64,000 nt of DNA from assembly GCA_028534125.1 (NCBI GenBank), contig CM052832.1, positions 8,434,001 through 8,498,000 of the forward strand, in the 5' to 3' direction. A model generated the notes under the pieces. That model did not search any database. It was not told the origin of the DNA and was given only the letters and a program-made list of their open reading frames with translations. The position numbers were made by a program, and so were the translations under genes. This DNA is from Lama glama (Eukaryota). How positions within the stretch are numbered: the stretch's first letter is position 1; each line of letters begins with the position of its first letter. Below are positions 52,795-60,700 of the stretch, piece by piece.

Positions 52795-53100
52795 CACGAC
52801 TTCCCCCCTCCTCTCGGTGCAGTTTGAATAGGCACCCCGCGCTGCCTCATGGGAACCTTGCACCTCCACTTCCGGTTCGGCTGGGCGGAAGGGGGCGGGG
52901 GCCGCGGGCGGCGTCTGTGTGGCGGAGGCTGAGGCAGGTCCGTCGAGCCCTTTCCCCACAGGGAAACCACAGGTTCTCAGCCACTTAGCGCGGCCTTCCA
53001 AAGGACACCCGCAAGCCCGCGCGTTCTCTCCTGCACCTACTTCGTGTCAGGCCTTGTCCTAAGTGCTGGAGGTTCTGCGGCGAGCAAGCCAGAGGCAGGC
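52660..53100 (-). promoter_or_regulatory. MAD2L1BP proximal CpG promoter (ETS site, GC box, CHR-like TTTGAA)
   Basis: TTTGAA at 52823-52828, ACTTCCGG at ~52868-52875, GGGGGCGGGG at 52891-52900, high CpG density. Confidence 0.65.
52749..52794 (-). CDS. MAD2L1BP: MAD2L1BP coding exon 1
   Basis: gtgATGG start, MASLEPEVKQSAAVP, donor G|gtaagg. Confidence 0.9.
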
Positions 53101-54530
53101 GCTGTCCTCAGAGGGTTCAGTGCCTATGGATACAATGCAGTGTGATGAATTATACAGTGACGTGTACGTGGGTTGTGGACTCAAAGAACAGGAGCGCCTA
53201 ACCTAGAGAGCGAGAGGTGGTCCCAGAGGAAACTGTGACCTTAAGGATGAGTAAAGGTAAAGAGGAGGGCCTAGTGGTCCTGGAGACCACTAGAGACTGT
53301 TAAAAAAAGAAACAAGCCCAAAATGGAGTCACTTTTGCTAAATCTCACCAAAACTCTTTCCGTAACCTAATAGCAGTTTCAACTTCTCCTGAATTCCTGG
53401 AGTGGAATTTTAAACTAACCAGTCTGGATTTTCCTAGTCAGCGCTAGTGAGGTAATTTCCAAGATAAGACCCTCCCCGCTTCCCCCTAATGTAAGGTGAG
53501 CAATCCTTTCCTTCCTTTTGCTAATAATCTTATTGCTCTGTCCCCGTTTCTATAAAATTCTTCCATTTTGAAGAGCCTCTCAGAGTGCTTTTCTATTTAC
53601 TAGATGGGATGCTGCCTGATTCATGAATCATTGAATAAAGTCAACTAGATCTTCAAGTTTACTCGGATGAATTTTATTTTTTAACAAGACCTTGAGATAC
53701 AAGAGCATCCATTATTCAAGGAATAAAAAAAGTTCACGTTATGAAGAATTAAGGCAGTGATGGACAAACAGGAGCAAGATCATGGCAGGGCCACAATAAA
53801 GAGTTTGAACTTGATCCTGTAGGGGGTTGGGGGAACCTCTGAAAGGTTTAAGTAGGGGAGTGACAAGATTAAATTTACATCTTATAAATTTAATCTCTAC
53901 ACTGGCTACAGTGTAGAGATTCGATTACAGAGAGGATAAAGGAGGAGGCAGGGATGCCAACTAGAGCTAGTAACTGCAATTACCCAAGTGCACGGTGAAA
54001 GAGGCCTAAACTAGGGTAGTAACAATGGGGTGGAGAGAACTGAAAATATTTAGGAGGTCCTGTGAGCTTGGTGGTTGAGCCCAGGAAGAGGAGGAGGGAT
54101 AGAGAGACTGTCAAGAAGACAAGCAGGTTTTTTTTTACTTCAGCAACCCTATGGGCGGTTGTGTCATTCAATGAAGGAAGAAACACTAGAGTAGGACTGG
54201 TCTTATTGGGGTATGGGTAAGGAGAAAAGATGAGTTCTATTTTAAATAGTTTGACTTTGCTGTTCCATTGGACAGTGAAGAGATTTAGGAACATCATTAG
54301 GAATAGAGATATGTATTTGAGAGTCACCAGCATGGGAGTAAATAAGATCACCCAAGGAAGGTGTGTGAAATGAAGATGAGCTAGGAGCCTGAAGACACTA
54401 ATGTTCAGGGGATGAGCAGAGAGAGAGAACCTGTAGGGAAGACTGAGGAGTAGGCAGAGAAGTACAAAGAAAAATAGATAAGTATCAGGTGATGGAGGCC
54501 AAGAAAAAGGTGTGTTTCAGGAAGTAAGGA
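53040..54530 (-). mobile_element. L2 fragment interrupted by the solo LTR
   Basis: gagtttgaacttgatcctgtag..ctgaaaggtttaagtaggggagtgaca...gagttctattttaaatagtt..tttgagagtcaccagcat. Confidence 0.7.
53298..53686 (+). mobile_element. Solo ERV LTR (389 bp, ERV1-like 4-bp TSD)
   Basis: Ends TGTTAAAAAA...TTTTTTAACA, TSD AGAC on both sides, TATAAAA at 53551, AATAAA at 53634-53639. Confidence 0.88.
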
Positions 54531-54534
54531 CCAG

Positions 54535-54930
54535 GGATCAAAACATACCATAAAAGTACAATCATTAAAATACTGTGGTATTGGCTCAGGAATAAGCAAA
54601 TAATAAAACAGAAAAGAGTCCAGAAACAGATCCATGTACATGTAGATCCTAATATATAATAAGGGTGACTTCGAAGCAAATAACTTGAGACCATTCCCTA
54701 TCCATTTAGAAGGGAAAAATCCAATTAATCGAATTAGTTCCTATCATACATCCTACATAAAGATACATTCCAAATCAATCAAACACCTAAACATAAAAAT
54801 AAACCTCAAAACTACTAGAAGAAAATACCAGAGAATAATTCATAATTTAGAAACCTAAACACAACACAAAACCAAGAAAGTATAAAGGGAAATATTGCTA
54901 AGTCTGAGTTTAAAACATATGTAAAGGTAT
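54535..54930 (+). mobile_element. L1M ORF2 fragment
   Basis: attaaaatactgtggtattggctcaggaata...agagtccagaaacagatcca...aactactagaagaaaatac. Confidence 0.75.
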
Positions 54931-55720
54931 TATGCATAAGGAGTGAATGACTAATTACACACCAGGAAAAAAAGTCTGTGTGTATACACATATGTATACA
55001 CCCATTATCTACCCCACAGGCAACCACCTCATAAGCACCTCAAAGCAAACCCTCCAGGAAACTAAACACATATACCACCTTCCATCTTCCAGGACCCTGA
55101 TCTCCTTCTGGGCAGACATCCCTGTTCAGCCTATTCATCTGTAAGCCTTCACTCTTGTCTGTGGTAAGCCAGGTTGTTTAAGAATGGCTGTCAAAATGGG
55201 TTATCCTTTCCCATCTCTTAAAAGATGTTCTCCACTTAGGAGACGAGGGAATTGGGAAGAATGAAGTGAAATTGTTTGTGTTGGGTGGTTGAAAGATCTG
55301 TGATGAGGAGAGGACAAGTGTTATCAGGCGAGTGCAGCAGGCCCTGGTTATCAAGAGAGCCCAGAGCTGGTGGTGGTCAGAATGTTGGGGGAATAGTCTT
55401 AGCTCCTGCTTCCAATTTCCATCCTTCTTGAGATCTCTCCATGAGTTCTTCTGTCTCAGCCTCTAAGTAGCAGTTTCCCTGGTAGGGTTGTGCACCTGGC
55501 TACCGTCGACCTTTGCAGCAAAACCTTCCTTTAGCTGAACAGGGTTGAGGAGAAAACACGTGTTTTCAACCACTGAAGACCACATAATTGGCTGGGTCTG
55601 CTAGGCCTTTTCGCGGATTTTTGGTTCTTCTGCTCTCACTGCTTCGCGGAGTTATGCCATGTGGACAGCAACTACAGGATCAGTAACCTGCTTTCCTCCT
55701 TGAAGTCCTGGGGGGAAGCC

Positions 55721-55762
55721 ATGGACTCCACCAGGTCTGCACCCCTGAAAGAACCACCAGAG
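55721..55762 (+). CDS. GTPBP2: Candidate alternative coding first exon of GTPBP2 (MDSTRSAPLKEPPE)
   Basis: Strong Kozak gccATGG, 14 stop-free codons, consensus donor GAG|gtaagc at phase 0, which fits the phase-0 acceptor of exon 2. No transcript evidence available. Confidence 0.45.
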
Positions 55763-56499
55763 GTAAGCCACTATTGCTGCGTCTAGTTTTTCAAGGAAAA
55801 CCGAGGTCTGGAGGGAAGGGCTGTTTTATTTCTGGGCTGTGTATGAGCAACTTGGTGTTTGTGAAGAGAGGGGAAGTGGACATACAATGGATGTGTGGTG
55901 AGTCACGAGACAGCCAAGGGGCTGGGAATTAAACTCTGGCGTCCTGACTCCCAACCCAGCAACACTAACTGCTTCTCCACTCTGCCTTTCTAGTGTCTAG
56001 TACACTGGTTTGTATCTCTGAACTGTGTTTACTCTTTGTTGACTGCAAGAGCCCTAAAGAGCAAGATAGATGACAGCTTGGCAAGAAAGTCAAACGTCAG
56101 CAATCTCCTGGGCTCTTGGCCAAGTTTCTATTCCAGGCAACCGCTCCGGCCCTCGCAGTGGTTGACGTAACCCAAGCTCCAGCCCCGCCCCAACTAGGGG
56201 CCAGGCCCCTCCTACATCTTGACTACAGTTTTAAAACCAGACTCGAGTGTCGAGGATTGGTTCTGCTTCAAAACAAAAGGGAGGGGTAATACTCGCTGCG
56301 GGCATCCTTGCACCCTTAGGCAGCAAGGCTGGTTTACCGGTTCGGGTCTCGTGTCGGGGCCACCTCGGTGTCTCGGGCTGCTAAAACCAGCCCCTGGAGG
56401 GTGCCAGCCTGGTAATAAAGCAGTGACTACAGTGTAGAGATGGCATAATCATTGCAACAATAAGAGCCGTAATTAGGCTAACCGCCATCCGCCTCTGCC

Positions 56500-57400
56500 C
56501 TGGCAGTCGTCCTGACTCACCCCGACGGCACGCGAGGTCGTGGAGGGAGAAACTGAGGCAGGGGTGGAACCAGTAGGCTAGAGGGACCAGCCGCCCTGAA
56601 TTATTCAGCTCTCCAGGTCCAAAACCTCTTGTCTGGGATCACGCTAGGGGGCCAAACCCAGAAGCACCCACAAAGCTTGATTATGTTGTAAACCCCTCCC
56701 CTTGGGTGACTGCCCCACCCCCAGGCCCCAGGAAAAGACCCGCTCAGCGCTCGGAGACTGGGAACCAGACTACAGCTCCCTTAGGTCTTTGCGCGCAAAC
56801 GCGCGCTCCTGGCTTACGCCCCGAAGCCACCTGCACCGCGATGCCTCTTGGGAGTTGTAGGTCGGTGGCAAACTCTTTCCGGGGAGCTCCCAGGCTCAAG
56901 GACTCTATATCCCGTGATGCTCCGCGACTGTTTCTGACGCGACCCGGAGGCTTGGGCAGGGTGGGGGCGTGGCCTGAGCAGGGCCCCACCCCGCTCTCCT
57001 CTGGCTGGCCGGACGCGGCAGTGGAGTGGGGGCGGCGGCGGCGGTGGTGGCGGTAGTGGCAGTGGTGGCGGGGGGGAGGGGCCGGGCGGGGGGCTGGCGG
57101 CAGCGGCGGATGGACTCGCGGGTATCGGAGCTGTTCGGCGGCTGCTGCCGGCCCGGAGGGGGCCCGACCGTGGGCGGAACCCTCAAGGCTAGGGGCGCCG
57201 GCGGCAGCAGCAGCTGTGGGGGCCCGAAGGGGAAGAAGAAGAACGGAAGGAACAGAGGGGGCAAAGCCAACAACCCCCCGTACCTGCCCCCCGAGGTGAG
57301 CACCTGAGAAGTAGCGGGGTGAGAGGAAACCACCCCTTCCGGTCCCAGGACTCCGAGAAGGCGGGACAGAAAGGATTAGTACCCCCTTCCGGTGCAAAGA
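56500..57400. promoter_or_regulatory. GTPBP2 CpG island / probable bidirectional promoter with ZNF143-like motifs
   Basis: ACTACAGCTCCC at 56769-56780, TGGGAGTTGTAG at 56849-56860, CTATATCCCGTGATGC at 56905-56920; dense CpG around exon 1. Confidence 0.7.
57110..57295 (+). CDS. GTPBP2: GTPBP2 exon 1
   Basis: [18 protein letters not shown]...NNPPYLPPE|gtgagc. Confidence 0.95.
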
Positions 57401-57727
57401 CCCCCGGGGGGAGGGGAGAGGAGAACCCTTCTTTCCGGTACTGTGACCCCAGGGAGGAGAGACAGACAGGGCCTCCCCTCCGCTGTCAGGACGCCAGGGA
57501 GGAAGAGTGGGGAGGGGGGATTTCCCCACTCAGATGTGGGAAACTCCGGGAGAAGAAGTGGGGGAAGGGGGTCCCACCCTCATCCCCTTGGGAAGAACAG
57601 AGTAAGATGCCTCGGCCCCCCTCCCTGTGCTGCAGCAGGAGAAGGGAGACTGCGTCCTGGAGTTAGAGTTTTCTAAACTTGTTTCACGGCCGGGAAAAGA
57701 GTGATGTGTTCCTTCCCTATCCCTGAG

Positions 57728-57769
<42 letters not shown>

Positions 57770-60700
57770 GTCCTGTGGGACACCCTCCACCTACCTGCTC
57801 CCTCTGTCCCTAAGACAGACAATAACTGCTACATTGTCCCTTTTAGAAAACAAGGACTAAGGAGAAGAGCCTTATCCAGTGGTTATCAAACTTTAGCATG
57901 TATCAGAATCACCTGGATTGCTGCCCCTAGAATTTCTGATTTAGTGAGTTGGAGGTGGCTCATCTGCGTTTCTCACAAGTTCCCAGGTGATGGTAATGCT
58001 GCCGGTCCTGGGACCACACTTTGAGAACCATTAGCCGAGACCATCATCCTTATACTACTTTTCTGAAGCTACACATCCTAATTCTCATCTCCAGCAAAAT
58101 GATAAAAAGGAAGGTCTTTATTGGTGGGAAAAGAGCTCCCTTATACTCCATGAGGTGGAGATTATGGGTGAAGACCTGTAAGAGCTAGGAGTCAAAGGGC
58201 CTTGAAGGGATGGGATGATGACAGGAAGGGGAGAGGAAAAATAAAATGGCCAGGGAGGATGAGTGCAGAAATGCAAGACAGATAGAACAGGCAAATCTCA
58301 CATCCTTTCGCACCCTAGAGGGGAAAGCTCAGGGAACAGGATGCTTCTGTGTTGGGTTGTCTGGTTTGTGAAGCCTGTCTCCTTCATTATATCTTCTGAG
58401 TTTCTTCGCTTCATCTCAGCCCCAACTCTGGAGCCCTGTTTCTCTTTCACACACCCTTCTCTCATGGGGCATGTAGTGACCAGTGCTGAGCTCACCCTTT
58501 GACCCTAGTCCAGAACCTCTTGCAACCTCTTACACTTGATGTCATCAGCTGAGAGGGGTGGGCAGGATGGAAATTGTGTCTCCCAGACCAGTGGCAAAGA
58601 ATAGCCTCAGCAGTCTGGACATGGAGAAGACAGACTTTTGGGGACAGCAGTTTGAGACTGTAGGGAGAAGGAAGGGGAATGATCTTGCATCTAGGAAGAA
58701 CATGATTCCAGTGATCAAAAAAGTTTTTGTTCCTGGCTTAGATGGGTGACTGTGTTCTCTGAGGCTTTTCCTTCATTGAGGTTGAGTAGAGGGCTGGTCT
58801 GCCAGTGACTTTTGACAGGTGGCATTTGCTTAGCAGGTGAGGCTGAGGTTTCCTGCGCTCTTAAGTCAGCTGCCCAGACCCCAGTGGGAGTCAGGGAGAA
58901 GCAGAGGTTAGGTCTGGATGATGTGTGGTAACTGTCCCCTTTTTCTTTATAGGCTGAAGATGGAAACATCGAATATAAAGTAAGTCTTAGGCTGGGGAGG
59001 GCAGGTTGTCCTTGCTGGCGTGGGTTGATTTCTTCAAGATCTTTCTCACTTCATGATCTATAGTAATTTAAGGATGTGGTTCAGGGTAAGGGCTCTGTAT
59101 CTCATTCTGTTGGAGAGGGACTTACTGTTAGAGGAGGTCAGGGATGAGGGGGTTAAGAGAGAAGGGAAGGCCCTGGTCCTTGCAGCAGGACAGATGGAGA
59201 GCACACAGGTTCAGAAGGAGCATCTCTGATTTACCTTCTCATGATACCCCCCTGCCCTAAGCTGAAGCTGGTGAATCCATCCCAGTACCGTTTTGAACAC
59301 CTGGTGACACAGATGAAGTGGCGACTCCAGGAAGGCCGTGGTGAGGCCGTCTACCAGATTGGGGTAGAGGACAATGGGCTGCTGGTAGGGCTTGCCGAGG
59401 AGGAGATGCGGGCCTCTCTCAAGACCCTGCACCGGATGGCGGAGAAGTACGCTTCCCCTTTCCCTTGGTTCTCCTTTCCCTAACTCTGGGGGGTACTCAC
59501 ACATACCCGGTCACCTAGGGCCTGAGGGGCCATGGAGGGACTTTCCTTCTGCTGCCTTTTCTTGACAAAGAGCTGAAGTGGGTAGGGTTAGTTTTCTTGG
59601 ATTCCCTGCATTGGACTCTGTCTTTTTTGCTCCTTGACTTAAGGTTTGTTTGTTTAAAGGGAGATGTAGATATGGGATAGATTGGAGGAGGGTAGGAAGT
59701 GAAGTGAAGTGAAGCGTTGGGAGCTCTGTGGGAGGTATGGGAAGGCCGTTGGCCCAGAGTCAGGATGGGCAGGGAGGGGAAGTACAGGTGAGATGTGGCA
59801 GCTGTGGCCTTGCCGTGACAGGGTTGGGGCAGACATCACTGTTCTCCGGGAGCGCGAAGTGGACTATGATAGTGACACGCCCCGGAAGATCACGGAGGTG
59901 CTGGTACGGAAGGTCCCTGACAACCAACAGGTAAGCACATGCCCTACCCTGCCTCTCACACCCATGCTCCCTGTGGTGGCAGGCTCTCCCCTGGCCTGGG
60001 ATCCTGGGGGTGTCCAGTTCAATGTTTGGTCCCCAGGGAGTGCCACTGCCCTTGACCTAACCTTCAGTGGAGGAGGGGAGAAATTGGACCCCTTACCTCT
60101 GACAATTCTTCGCAGTTTCTGGACCTCCGTGTGGCCGTCTTGGGCAATGTGGACTCAGGGAAGTCGACTCTGCTTGGAGTCCTGACCCAGGGAGAGCTGG
60201 ACAATGGGCGGGGCCGGGCTCGGCTCAACCTTTTCCGCCACCTGCATGAGATTCAGTCTGGACGAACCTCCAGCATCAGCTTCGAGATCCTGGGCTTTAA
60301 CAGCAAGGGAGAGGTGCATGCAATCAGCGGGACCCAGTGGGGCCAGACTCTGAGGATGGGATGGTAGTGGTGAAGGACAGAGTTAGAGGGCAGAATGTGG
60401 AAACTTTCTGGAGTAGTGTAGACAAAGGCCCTGAGGGCGCTGAACCAGCTCTGACCTCCTTAGAAACCAAGTGGGTAATCAACTGAACTAAATTCGAAGT
60501 GGGGCTCAGGGTTAAGAGGCAGGGCCACCCAGGGACTGGTTTAGGTTCTGGCAACTCTTAAAGGGTTGGGGAGGCTGGCAAAGGGCACTGAGAGCCCTGG
60601 GCTCTGGGCCAGGTGGTGAATTACAGTGACTCACGGACGGCAGAAGAGATCTGTGAGAGCAGCTCCAAGATGATCACCTTCATCGACCTGGCAGGCCACC

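Noticed and set aside
56744..57529. 261-aa minus-strand ORF over GTPBP2 exon 1
   Set aside because: Low-complexity Pro/Gly/Arg sequence in a GC-rich island, GTG start, no recognisable family.
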